A stretch of 64,000 bases of DNA, from NCBI GenBank assembly GCA_965247475.1, contig OZ252016.1, forward strand, positions 462,143 to 526,142, in the 5' to 3' direction. The translations under genes were made by a program, and so were the position numbers. Shown here piece by piece: positions 42,762 to 52,197 of this stretch; the stretch's first letter is position 1; every line of letters starts with the position of its first letter. Source of the DNA: Chloroflexota bacterium. Lineage in GTDB: Bacteria > Chloroflexota > UBA11872. The notes beneath the pieces were generated by a model. It saw only the letters and a list, made by a program, of their open reading frames with translations. It was not told where the DNA came from and did no database searches.

Positions 42762-44010
42762 TTGCTGCTAGCGGTACACGGTTTCCTTGGCGCCGCGCTG
42801 GATATCGAAGATCGACCCCGCGCCAGGCCCCTGCGGCGCGTTGACCCGAACGGTTTGATCGATGCAGCGATACGCTGGCGTGTTCTCGCCGCGCATCAGG
42901 TACTCGTGGAACGTATCCAGGTCCCGTACGCCCTGGAGCGGCCATGCGTCGGCCGCCGCGTACCCGACCAGCCATAGCCGCCGCGACTGCGACGATAGAT
43001 TGGGCGCGGACCCGTGCATCGTGCGCGCGTGATGCACCGACACGCCGCCGGCGGGCACAGTCACGGGAATCGCGGCATCGAGATCGACGCCGGCTTCGCT
43101 CGGGGCGATGGCGCCCGCGAAGACGCCGTCGCTGTGGTGGTCCAGAATCTCCCAGCGGTGCGACCCGGGAATCACCATCAGGCAGCCGTTATCGATGGTG
43201 CAGGGATCCAGCGCAATCCCGATTGCCAGCACGTCGTCGTTAGTGTGCGGATAGAACGCGAAGTCCTGGTGCCACTCGACCGGGCTCCCGACGTCGGAGG
43301 TCTTCATGTTCAGCTTGTCGCTGTGGTACCGGACGCCGTGGTTGCCCATCAAGGGCTCCACCAGGTCGGCGAACAGGTCGGATCGCGCGTACTGCTTGAA
43401 CAGCGGATAGTTGGAGGCTGGCGTCCTGAGCCGTCGAAGCGCCGGAGCGTCGGCCGAATGCGTGGATTCTAGTTCGAAGCGGTCGTCGTTCTCAGTCAGG
43501 CTTCGCGATTCCTCGACGAGCTCGTCGACGACGCCGAGAATCTCATCCACCTCGCTCGGCGTCAGGAATTCCTCGACGACCAGATACCCGTTCTCTTGAT
43601 AGAACTCGACCTGCTCCGGTGACACCATAAGCCGCTGCTCCACTTCCGATGCCCGGTGCCGATTCTATGACGATTCTCGCTGCGGCGCCTGTCGGCGATC
43701 AGCCTCACAAAGACTGTTACCGAGTGAGAGTGGTGCCTCACGAGGCCGGTTGCCAAGACCTGATGGAAGGGGCGTGTCGACGGTGGCGGTGGGGACTCCC
43801 TGGCGCCCTCGAGCCATCGAGCGCGTCGGCCATCCGGATCCGCGATCCCCGCCGTGGCGAGGCTGCTCGATCCGATGGTGGGTCCCGACGATGTCGAGGC
43901 CGGCGGCGCGAGGGCGGATAGGGTGACTCCGCCGCCCGATCCTGCTCTTTGATGGCGCCTGCGGGTTCTGCCGCGCCTGTGTGCGAGTGTTCGGCTTGCT
44001 CGACCGCCGG
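42762..44010. repeat. Tandem duplication copy 1 (~1.25 kb; PhyH gene plus 5-prime part of DCC gene); copy 2 at 44280-45528
   Basis: Paired ORFs 42768-43643/44286-45161, and 42944-43243/44462-44917, with a constant 1518-bp offset. Confidence 0.8.
42768..43643 (-). CDS. Phytanoyl-CoA dioxygenase (PhyH) family protein, tandem copy 1
   Basis: PhyH motifs (FYQENGYLVV, WHQDFAFYPH, HHARTMHGSAPN). Confidence 0.8.
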   Translation of the reverse strand: MEQRLMVSPEQVEFYQENGYLVVEEFLTPSEVDEILGVVDELVEESRSLTENDDRFELESTHSADAPALRRLRTPASNYPLFKQYARSDLFADLVEPLMGNHGVRYHSDKLNMKTSDVGSPVEWHQDFAFYPHTNDDVLAIGIALDPCTIDNGCLMVIPGSHRWEILDHHSDGVFAGAIAPSEAGVDLDAAIPVTVPAGGVSVHHARTMHGSAPNLSSQSRRLWLVGYAAADAWPLQGVRDLDTFHEYLMRGENTPAYRCIDQTVRVNAPQGPGAGSIFDIQRGAKETVYR

Positions 44011-44049
44011 AGCCGTCGTGGCTCGTCAGCGCGACCAGTGCCCTTTTGA
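43854..44049 (+). pseudogene. Truncated/frameshifted fragment of the DCC-family thiol-disulfide oxidoreductase gene (duplicate of the 5-prime end of 45374-45835)
   Basis: The nucleotide sequence is a copy of 45374-45560 with a 1-nt indel. It retains LLFDGACGFCRACVRVFGLLDRR, then runs out of frame to a stop. Confidence 0.6.
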
Positions 44050-44285
44050 TTTCTCACTGGAACGCCACGAAGCTCATATCGCGACGGCGCGCGAGCCGTC
44101 AAACCCTGCCTCCCGGCTGCCGGCCTAGCAGCGCATGTAGGAACCCAGGCGGCGTGTAGCGGCACCGCGCACCGGAGTCCTGACCGGTCCCTCGGCACTA
44201 CGGGCGGTGCGGCCGCCACCCCAACACGTCCCGGTGCCGTCGTGCCACGGCCGCGCGACGCCCGCCGGTTCCGACGCTTGGCGCG

Positions 44286-45161
44286 CTAGCGGTAGACGAT
44301 TTCCTTGGCGGCGCGCTGGATCTCGAAAATCGACCCCGCACCGGGCCCCTGCGGCGCGTTGACCCGGAAGATTTGATCGGTGCAGCGATACGCCGGCGTG
44401 TTTTCGCCGCGGATCAGATAGTCGTGAAACGTATTCAGGTCCGCCACGCCCTCGATCGGCCATGCGTCGGCCGCCGCGTACCCGACCAGCCATAGCCGCC
44501 GCGACTGCGACGAGCGGTTGGGCGCGGACCCGTGCAGCGTGCGCACGTGATGCACCGACACGCCGCCGGCCGGCACGATCACGGGAACCGCGGCATCGAG
44601 GTCGACGCCGGCTTCGGTCGGGGCGATGGCGCCCGCGAAGACACCGTCGTTGTGGTGGTCCAGAATCTCCCAGCGGTGCGACCCGGGAATCACCATCAGG
44701 CAGCCGTTATCGACGGTGCAGGCATCCAGCGCGACCCCGATTGCCAGCAAGTCGTCGTTGGTGTGCGGATGGAACGCGAAGTCCTGGTGCCACTCAACCG
44801 GACTCCCGATGTCAGAGGTCTTCATGTTCAGCTTGTCGTGCTGGTAGCGGACGCCGTGATTGCCCATCAGCGGTTCCACCAGGTCGGCGAACGAATCGGA
44901 GCGCGCGTACTGTTTGAACAGCGGATAGTTGCGGGCCGGCCCCTTGAGCCGTCGAAGCGCCGGAGCGTCGGCCGAATGCGTGGATTCTAGTTCGAAGCGG
45001 TCGTCATGCTCGCTCACGCCTCGCGATTCCTCGACGAGCTCGTCGACGACGCCGAGGATTTCATCCAGCTCGCTCGGCGTCAGGAATTTCTCGACGACCA
45101 GATACCCGTTGTCCTGATAGAACTTGACCTGCCCCGGTGACACCATAAGCCGCTGCTCCAC
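44286..45161 (-). CDS. Phytanoyl-CoA dioxygenase (PhyH) family protein, tandem copy 2 (~88% aa identity to copy 1)
   Basis: Same motifs as 42768-43643. Part of the ~1.25 kb duplicated unit offset by 1518 bp. Confidence 0.8.
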   Translation of the reverse strand: MEQRLMVSPGQVKFYQDNGYLVVEKFLTPSELDEILGVVDELVEESRGVSEHDDRFELESTHSADAPALRRLKGPARNYPLFKQYARSDSFADLVEPLMGNHGVRYQHDKLNMKTSDIGSPVEWHQDFAFHPHTNDDLLAIGVALDACTVDNGCLMVIPGSHRWEILDHHNDGVFAGAIAPTEAGVDLDAAVPVIVPAGGVSVHHVRTLHGSAPNRSSQSRRLWLVGYAAADAWPIEGVADLNTFHDYLIRGENTPAYRCTDQIFRVNAPQGPGAGSIFEIQRAAKEIVYR

Positions 45162-45373
45162 TTCCGATGCCCGGCGCCGATTCTATGCCGATTCTCGCTG
45201 CGGCGCCTGTCGGCGATCAGCCTCACGAAGGCTGTTACCGAGTGAGACGGTGGTGCCACACAAGGCCGGTTGCCAAGACCTGATGGAAGGGGCGTGTCGA
45301 CAGCGGTGGTGGGGACTCCCTGGCGCCCTCGAGCCATCGAGCGCGTCGGCCATCCGGGTTCGCGATCCCGGCC

Positions 45374-45835
45374 GTGGCCAGGCTGCTCGATCCCATGATG
45401 GGTCCCGACGATGTCGAGGCCGGCGGCGCGAGGGCGGATAGCGTGGCTCCGCGCCCGATCCTGCTCTTTGACGGCGCCTGCGGGTTCTGCCGTGCCTGTG
45501 TGCGAGTGTTCGGCTTGCTCGACCGTCGGCGCCGTGTGGCGCGCCTCGACTTCAACCGGCCGGAGGCCGACGAGTTGCTCGCGGCGGTGCCGCCCCCTGC
45601 CCGCCGCCGCGCCGTCCTACTGGCCGTGCCGGGCGGGTCCATGCGGTCAGGCGGCCCGGCCGTCCGCGCGGCGCTCGAATTCGCGCTGGGTCGACGGGCG
45701 TTGGCGTCGATGCTTCAGGCGCGGCCCGTCGCGGCGCTGATCGACGCCGGCTACGCGCTCATCGCCGACCGCCGTGGGTGGTTCGCCTGGCTCGGTCGGT
45801 TCGGGCGCCGCTGCGACCTCAACGACTACCCGTAG
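45374..45835 (+). CDS. Thiol-disulfide oxidoreductase DCC family protein (DUF393)
   Basis: LLFDGACGFCRACV Cys-x-x-Cys motif near the N-terminus; about 150 aa. Confidence 0.7.
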   Translation: MARLLDPMMGPDDVEAGGARADSVAPRPILLFDGACGFCRACVRVFGLLDRRRRVARLDFNRPEADELLAAVPPPARRRAVLLAVPGGSMRSGGPAVRAALEFALGRRALASMLQARPVAALIDAGYALIADRRGWFAWLGRFGRRCDLNDYP

Positions 45836-45960
45836 TCACCGCCCGAACGTGAACCCGGCCCGCGCCCGGTCGTCGCCGGCGCCCGCAACCTGGCCGCCGA
45901 CCGCCTCGGCGAGGCCCCTTGCAAGCTCGAGATCGGCGGTCGGCGCGTCCGCCTGGCCGG

Positions 45961-46905
45961 TCACGCCGGCGGGCTGGGTGGGTACTTCTCGAAGAACGGC
46001 ATCAGCGGCTCCAGCCGCGCCGTCAGCTCGTCCTCCTCGTCCGGCGTCAGGTCCTTGAGCCCCGGTGAGAACTCCGTCGCGACCCGGTGCGAGTCGATCA
46101 GCCCGCGCCGCTGCATGATCATCTTGTTGTCGATCTGGCCGCGGAAATAGCCCTTGAAGAACTGCAACGAATCGACGTCGCGCGAGATCGCGCGAGCTCG
46201 GTCCAGATCGCCCGCTTCCATTGCGTCGAAGATCGCCACCAGCGGCTCGGTGACATCGAGCGCGGCGGTGAGGATGCGCGCGCCCGCCAGGTAGTTCGGG
46301 ACGTACGGCGGGCCGACGATGACCCCCATATAGAGATCGCCGCCGGGCAGGCCCATCAGCTCCGCCACCTCCCGCGTCGGGTACAGGCCCTCCTGCTTCA
46401 TGTACCGCACGTTCGGCACCTCGCGCGCCAGCTGTGCCGACTGCTCCATGTTCAGGTGGTGGCCCCAATCGAACGTCCGCAGCATGATCGGCACCGACAC
46501 GGCCTCCGCCACGGCTCGAAGGCACATGAGGATGTGGCCCCCGCCGTGGGTCGAAGCCGGCGCCAGCGCCGAGATCATGTCCGCGCCCATGTCATCCATG
46601 CGCTTGGCGGTCTCGACGGTATCCGCCACGGTCGCGGCCGCGGCCGTCGCCAGCACCGGCGTCCTGCCCCGGCACGTCTCGATCGATATCTCCAGGCTTC
46701 GATAGCGCTCGGCCTCAGAGAGATCCAGCGTCTCGCAGCCGCGCTGCCCGGTGATCGCCAGACAGCTCCCCACGTCCACCGCGTGCCTGGCCGCGCGCTC
46801 GAACGACGCCTCGTCCAGCCGCCCGTTCTCCAAGAATGGCGTCTTGAAATGGGTGGAGACGCCCCGCGGCGTCTGCTCCGGATCGAACAGGTCAAAGCTC
46901 GCCAT
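45961..46905 (-). CDS. Dihydrodipicolinate synthase/N-acetylneuraminate lyase family (class I aldolase) protein
   Basis: N-terminal TPF..NG.LD motif, GxxGE region and TIM-barrel length. The antisense ORF 46087-47040 is rejected. Confidence 0.55.
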   Translation of the reverse strand: MASFDLFDPEQTPRGVSTHFKTPFLENGRLDEASFERAARHAVDVGSCLAITGQRGCETLDLSEAERYRSLEISIETCRGRTPVLATAAAATVADTVETAKRMDDMGADMISALAPASTHGGGHILMCLRAVAEAVSVPIMLRTFDWGHHLNMEQSAQLAREVPNVRYMKQEGLYPTREVAELMGLPGGDLYMGVIVGPPYVPNYLAGARILTAALDVTEPLVAIFDAMEAGDLDRARAISRDVDSLQFFKGYFRGQIDNKMIMQRRGLIDSHRVATEFSPGLKDLTPDEEDELTARLEPLMPFFEKYPPSPPA

Positions 46906-47063
46906 CGGACATCTCCCGTCGGCGTTCTGCCGTCGCCCGCCGTCAGGCTAGCAGGCGGCGAAACGCATTCCCATCCTCAAGGGTCGCGGGCCGTCCTGGC
47001 TTCACCGTGGGGCTATGCTGCGCCGTCGGTTCCGCCGTGATGCGCGCGCCATGAGGGCCACCC

Positions 47064-47966
47064 ATGTCTAGGATCAATCGATGTGTCGAGCTGCTCGATC
47101 AAGGCCAGCCGGTCTACTACGACCGCGTCAACGTGCCCGACCTGAGCTACGAGCATGGGATCGCGATGTCCGGCACCTGGGCCGACTTTCTGCGCATTGA
47201 GTTCGAGCACATCTCGCTCGACACCCGCGCGCTGTACGACTTCATGCGCGGCCTTAGGGATGCCGGGCCGACCCCGAGCGGACACTCCATGCCGACCGTC
47301 ATGTGCACGCTCCCGGCCACCGGCCTGTCCGCCGAGGAGGTTCGCTACAACGCTTGGCAGATCCGCCATCTCCTCAGCGCCGGGGTGCACGGGCTCTACC
47401 TCTCCCACGCCTCCGAGCCGGAAGCCGTCCGCGCCTTCGTCGAGGCCGCCCGCTTCCCGCACCACACCGTCGGCCTGAGCGATGAGCTCGGCGTGGGGAC
47501 CCGCGGCCACGGCGGCGAGGCGCAGGCCGCGGACATCTGGGGTCTCGATCGGATCGACTACATGCGCCGCGCCGATCCCTGGCCGCTCAACCCCGAGGGT
47601 GAGCTCATGCTCGGCGTCAAGGTCGAGCACCGCTCTGCGCTCGAGCGCGCCGACCAGACGCTCGCCGTGCCGGGGGTGACGTTCGGCGAGTGGGGACCCG
47701 GCGACATGGGTCTGTCGTACGGGCATCCGGAATGGCGCGACCCGCCGTACGGACCCGAGATGGACGGCGCGTGGAAGCGCGTCAAGCGCGCCTGCGACCG
47801 GGCCGGCATCCGGTTTCTCTGCGCCTGGGACGATTCGTCGATGACGCCGGACGAACGCGCCGACCACCTCATCAACCAGGTCGGCGCCACCATCATCGCT
47901 TCCGACGATGGCGAGCCGCTGGCCATCGCCGGTCGCAGGCTCACCGGCCGCACGATGCCCGTGTAA
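47064..47966 (+). CDS. HpcH/HpaI aldolase/citrate lyase family protein
   Basis: DFLRIEFEH metal/substrate motif and paralogy with 61432-62226. Confidence 0.6.
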   Translation: MSRINRCVELLDQGQPVYYDRVNVPDLSYEHGIAMSGTWADFLRIEFEHISLDTRALYDFMRGLRDAGPTPSGHSMPTVMCTLPATGLSAEEVRYNAWQIRHLLSAGVHGLYLSHASEPEAVRAFVEAARFPHHTVGLSDELGVGTRGHGGEAQAADIWGLDRIDYMRRADPWPLNPEGELMLGVKVEHRSALERADQTLAVPGVTFGEWGPGDMGLSYGHPEWRDPPYGPEMDGAWKRVKRACDRAGIRFLCAWDDSSMTPDERADHLINQVGATIIASDDGEPLAIAGRRLTGRTMPV

Positions 47967-48004
47967 CCCGAACCGCCCCTTGTATGTTGCAAGACCCTCG
48001 GATC
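47966..48004. repeat. REP-B element, partial, inverted orientation, abutting the IS5 left end
   Basis: Reverse complement of the consensus CCGAGGGTCTTGCAACATACAAGGGGCGGTT. Confidence 0.65.
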
Positions 48005-48018
48005 AGCGAGTTCCCTCG

Positions 48019-49222
48019 CCCGCTGGAGACCTTTGCATAACCCCGGTGGCTCGCCACAATCGGCCCGGAGGGCAGCGCTGAGGGAAGGGTAGCCATGCAC
48101 CGCACCGTGAGTGGGGGGTCGTTCGTGGAGGCGCTACTGCCGGAGCGGCTGGGGCGGAACGCGAAGCTGGAGCGGCTGGACGCGGTGGTTGACTGGACGC
48201 CGTTGGCGGAGGTGGTCGCGGGCATCCACGCCGCGCCCGCCGGCCGTCCCAGCTACCCGCCGCTGGTGATGGTGAACGTGCTAGTGCTGCAGCAGTGGTA
48301 CGGGGCCTCCGACGAGGCGATGGAGGAAGCCCGGTGGGACCGGGTCTCGTTCAAGCGGTTCGTGGGGCTGGGGCTGGAGGACGACGCGCCGGACCACTCG
48401 ACGATCAGCCGCTTTCGGACGGCCGTGACGGAGCGCGGGCTGGCCGGGCGGCTGTTGCAGGCGGTGAACCGCCAGTGGGAGGCGCGCCGGTTGCTGGTGA
48501 AGCAGGGCACGCTGATCGACGCGACGCTCGTAGCGGCGCAGGCGCGGCGGCCGTCGATGCGGGAGCGGCCGGGGGCCCGGAGCGCGACCGACCCGGAGGC
48601 TGGATGGACGCGCACAGGAGGCCGAGCGCACTTTGGCTACAAGGCGCACCTCGGGGTGGATGCGGGGTCCGGGCTGATCCGAGCGGCGGTGCTGACGCCC
48701 GCCAACGTGAACGAGACGGAGGTGGCGGACGGGTTGGTGAGCGGCGATGAGGCGGCGGTCTATGCCGACAAGGCCTACGAGTCGAAGGCCCGCCGGCAGC
48801 GGCTGCGGGCGCAGGGCATCAACGACCGGATCATGCACCGCTCGCACAAGCACCAGGCGCAACTGCCGTACTGGCAGCGGCGCCGGAACGCGCTGATCGC
48901 CCGCGCGCGGGCACCGGTGGAGCGGGTGTTTGGGACGCTGAAGCGATCCTACGGCTATCGGCGCGTGCGCTACCTGGGGCTGGAGCGCAACGCCACGGAG
49001 TTCTTCTTCAAATGCCTGGCCTACAACCTGCGCCGGGCGGACCGGTTGCTGGCCGCCGCGCCCGCGTGTCCCTAGGAGGCCTGCGCCCTCGGCCGGGCAA
49101 TGACCGGCGCGCGGCGGGGCCGGGGGCGGCTGAGCAGCCAGAACCACCCGTCCGGTCGCTTCCCCGGTGGACGGCCCCCCTCAAGGCCGGCTAGGGCGCA
49201 TTACGCAAAGGTCTCCAGCGGG
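48019..49222. mobile_element. IS5-family insertion sequence (~1.2 kb) with ~17-22 bp terminal inverted repeats
   Basis: The left end CCCGCTGGAGACCTTTGCATAA (48019-48040) is the reverse complement of the right end TTACGCAAAGGTCTCCAGCGGG (49201-49222). The element encodes a single DDE transposase. The flanks reconstruct an uninterrupted palindromic repeat seen intact at 41355-41385. Confidence 0.8.
48095..49075 (+). CDS. IS5/IS1182-group DDE transposase
   Basis: IS5-family transposase motifs (N-terminal LERLDAVVDW, DxxTISRFR, DATLV, YADKAY, GYRR). Confidence 0.85.
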   Translation: MHRTVSGGSFVEALLPERLGRNAKLERLDAVVDWTPLAEVVAGIHAAPAGRPSYPPLVMVNVLVLQQWYGASDEAMEEARWDRVSFKRFVGLGLEDDAPDHSTISRFRTAVTERGLAGRLLQAVNRQWEARRLLVKQGTLIDATLVAAQARRPSMRERPGARSATDPEAGWTRTGGRAHFGYKAHLGVDAGSGLIRAAVLTPANVNETEVADGLVSGDEAAVYADKAYESKARRQRLRAQGINDRIMHRSHKHQAQLPYWQRRRNALIARARAPVERVFGTLKRSYGYRRVRYLGLERNATEFFFKCLAYNLRRADRLLAAAPACP

Positions 49223-49381
49223 AGAGGGCTAGGGTGAGGGGTCCAGCGCTGCTCCCATCTCGTCCCCAACCACGCCGTCTTACGGGCCGCCCGACCGCGC
49301 TCACCGTTCCTGGGAGGCACACGGATCACCGAGCGCGATCACTCAGAAGCCGCCGCCGATGCAGCGGCGCGACGACAAGCT

Positions 49382-50572
49382 TTGCTGGACCGCGCGCGTG
49401 ACGCGCTGGCTGCCGACCCCAGGGTGGCGGGCGCGTGGGTCGGGGGCAGCATCGCCGCTGGCGCTACCGATCGCTGGTCCGACGTCGATCTCCGCGTCGC
49501 CGTCCGCGCGGGCGATCTCGAGCGGTTTCTGGATAGCGCCAATGGCGTTCTCGGCCAGTTCGGCGATCTGCTCGGCTTCCGACCTCGGCCCACTGGCACG
49601 ACCACCATCCTCGTCTGCACCTTCGCCGGACCAGTACGCGCCGACGTAGTCGTCATGACGCCGAGAGTGATCCTCGGCGCGCCCGGCGAGCCCACCGTTC
49701 CGCTGGTCATCAACGACCCGAGCCTCGAAGCGGTGGCGGACCGGCCGCCCCAGGCGCCGGATTCGCCGCAGGCGGTGCTCCAACGCCTCGGCCCGGCCAT
49801 CGGGCCCGCGCTCGGTGCGCTGGATGCGGCGCTGACCTCCAGGCATCCGACGGCGGCCGCGATCGCGCAGTCCGCCCTCCTGAACGTCGCCCAGCAAACG
49901 CAGCTGCTGCTGACCGACCCCGTAGCCGGCACGTCGCGTTCGCCCAAGGCAGCCACCGCGCTTCGTGCCAAGGAGATGCAAGCCCTCCTCGCACCCGTCC
50001 GTGCGTGGAGCGCGCACTGGCCCAACGCGGACGCCGATTCGATTGCGCCAACGCTCGATCTGCTTTCCGCCCTGGCCGACGCTTGCCGGCACAGGTTTGG
50101 AGTGACGCTGTACGCGACACCCGGCGACCCGCCCGCCCGGCCAGAGCCGCGCGATGCCCGACAGGCCGTCACGGCCGCCCTCGATGTCCTCATCCACGCG
50201 CCGGTCGCGGCCGCGTATCACCACCGCGGCCTCTTCGTCGGCGCCCTCTACGGGTGGGCGCTGTTCGCGCGATCGATCGCCGACTTCGTGTTCGTTGTCG
50301 ACCATGGTCCCGATGTGCCGGTACCTGCCGATCCAGAGGCGTTGATCGACACGAAAGATCGCGACGCCATCGCGCAGGCACTGCGTGTCCTGCGCGGCGC
50401 CGATGCCCCGGCCTTTCGCCGCGCGGGCTCCTTGCTCACGTCCCGGTATCTGCGCACCGCTCGCGCCGCCGCCGCTGCGTGCGACCTGGCGTACCCCCGA
50501 CGCCTCGAGCGCGAGGTCATCCGCTACCTCGTAGCCGAAGACGTCCTGGAGGTCGGCGTGCTGGACGTGTGA
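49382..50572 (+). CDS. Nucleotidyltransferase-domain protein (aminoglycoside/lincosamide adenylyltransferase-like N-terminus)
   Basis: N-terminal minimal nucleotidyltransferase motif AGAWVGGSIAAGATDRWSDVDLRVAV, i.e. G[GS]x9-13Dx[DE]. TTG start. The rest of the protein is low-complexity Ala/Arg-rich, so the call is tentative. The antisense ORFs are rejected. Confidence 0.4.
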   Translation: MLDRARDALAADPRVAGAWVGGSIAAGATDRWSDVDLRVAVRAGDLERFLDSANGVLGQFGDLLGFRPRPTGTTTILVCTFAGPVRADVVVMTPRVILGAPGEPTVPLVINDPSLEAVADRPPQAPDSPQAVLQRLGPAIGPALGALDAALTSRHPTAAAIAQSALLNVAQQTQLLLTDPVAGTSRSPKAATALRAKEMQALLAPVRAWSAHWPNADADSIAPTLDLLSALADACRHRFGVTLYATPGDPPARPEPRDARQAVTAALDVLIHAPVAAAYHHRGLFVGALYGWALFARSIADFVFVVDHGPDVPVPADPEALIDTKDRDAIAQALRVLRGADAPAFRRAGSLLTSRYLRTARAAAAACDLAYPRRLEREVIRYLVAEDVLEVGVLDV

Positions 50573-50684
50573 CGTCTCGAGCCAGCGTTCCCGGCGTCGC
50601 GCCTGTTCCACCGTGACGCCGCACGTGTCGTCGCGTGCGCCGCGGGCGATCGGCGTGTCCGCGCGCTCCGGGCGGGTGCCCGCC

Positions 50685-51905
50685 CTACGCCCCGCGCGAC
50701 TCGCTGTGCGCGACCACGGCCGAGTCTGCCGCCTGCGGCGCCCGCGGCACTCGAGGCGTGCCGGTGATGACCCGCAGGCCGAACACGATGGCCACGGCGT
50801 GCAAACCCGCGATGACCGCTCCGATCAGCCAGAATCCGGCCACGTCCAGCACGAACCCGATGGCTGGCGCCACGCCCACCATCACCAGGTCCGCAGTCAA
50901 CATCATGGCGGCCAGCGATCGTCCCACCTGCTCCTTGGGAACGCGATCGGCGACGAGCACGGGCGGCAGTGCGGTCGCCACCGCGCCGAGTGAGGGCAGC
51001 ACCGCGAATAGCGTGTACAGCAGCACGCCGGGCGGCAGGATCAGGAGCAGCGCGCCGACCAGCGGCAAGCTCAGGGCGGGCACGAATACCGCGCGAGGGC
51101 CAAGCCGGTCGGTCAGTCCACCCGCGAACAGCAGCACGACCAGTCGCACCCCGGCCCCGAGCGATACGAACACACCAACGCCGGCCGGGTCGAATCCCAG
51201 CGCCTCGCTGCCATAGAGCGGCAGCGCCACGTTCTTCAGGGCATACGTCCCGCCCCATATCAACGTCGTGAGCGCGAATACCGCCAGCAGACCGCGTCCC
51301 CCGCGGAATCCCAGCAGCGCCGAGCGCTTGGCCAACGGCTTTTCGTGCTGGGCCGCGGGCGTGCGGATGGCCGCCCACACCACCACCATCGCCGCCAGCC
51401 CGACCACCGCGGCGAGCACAAATGCGGCCCGCCACCCGAATGCGCTGGCCACCAGTCCGCCAGCTGCCGGGCCGATCATCGTCCCCACCTGCACTCCACC
51501 CATCAGCCGCGTCATGTCCGTGCCCCGCCGGCCCGCGCCTGCCTGACGCGCCACGTGCGCGAAGCCGCCCGTGAACACAATCGCGCCTCCCGCTCCGGCG
51601 ATGAACATGCCGGCCAGCAGCACCCCGAACGACGGCGCCAGCGCGGCCAGTCCCGAGCCGGTCGCGAGCGCCCCAAGGGCGCCCGCGAAGATGATTCGCG
51701 GGCTTGATCGATCGACCAGGTAGCCGGCGGGCAGGATCATGAGCAGGCGCGCGCCGGACGCCATCGTCAGCAGCAAGCCAAGCGTCGAGAAGCTGATTGC
51801 GAACTCATCGCGGATCGACGACAGCACCGGCGCGATCACCCCGGTGCCGAACGACATCACCGAGAGCGCCAGGAAGATCGCCGCGATTTCAGGCCGAAAC
51901 CTCAT
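50685..51905 (-). CDS. MFS transporter
   Basis: 12 transmembrane segments, loop motif DRSSPR. Confidence 0.8.
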   Translation of the reverse strand: MRFRPEIAAIFLALSVMSFGTGVIAPVLSSIRDEFAISFSTLGLLLTMASGARLLMILPAGYLVDRSSPRIIFAGALGALATGSGLAALAPSFGVLLAGMFIAGAGGAIVFTGGFAHVARQAGAGRRGTDMTRLMGGVQVGTMIGPAAGGLVASAFGWRAAFVLAAVVGLAAMVVVWAAIRTPAAQHEKPLAKRSALLGFRGGRGLLAVFALTTLIWGGTYALKNVALPLYGSEALGFDPAGVGVFVSLGAGVRLVVLLFAGGLTDRLGPRAVFVPALSLPLVGALLLILPPGVLLYTLFAVLPSLGAVATALPPVLVADRVPKEQVGRSLAAMMLTADLVMVGVAPAIGFVLDVAGFWLIGAVIAGLHAVAIVFGLRVITGTPRVPRAPQAADSAVVAHSESRGA

Positions 51906-52197
51906 AGGCTGGTCGAGTCTCCGGGGCCGGCTTCCGGTCGGCGCCCCTGGGATTGGTCCCGCGTCATCGGCCCGTCCGCGCGCCGGTCGTCAGCGCCACT
52001 AACACCCTGCGACCGATGCCCTGACCCGCGCCGCTCATAATCGCAGTCCGACCATCAAGCACGCTCCGAATCGACCGAGTCCCCTCCAGCGCGATGTCAA
52101 TTGGCGCGCCGCGCGAGAGCCCGGAGTGTACGGCGACCAGGTGTGCGCCGTCCCTCCAGGCCGCCTAGACTGCGACCTCGACAAAGGAGGCGCATAG

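Noticed and set aside
48013-49228. A 28-bp extended inverted repeat (CCCTC[G/T]CCCGCTGGAGACC...) as the IS boundary
   Set aside because: The outer ~11 bp on each side belong to the pre-existing host palindrome (intact copy at 41355-41385). The IS-specific inverted repeat is the inner ~17-22 bp.
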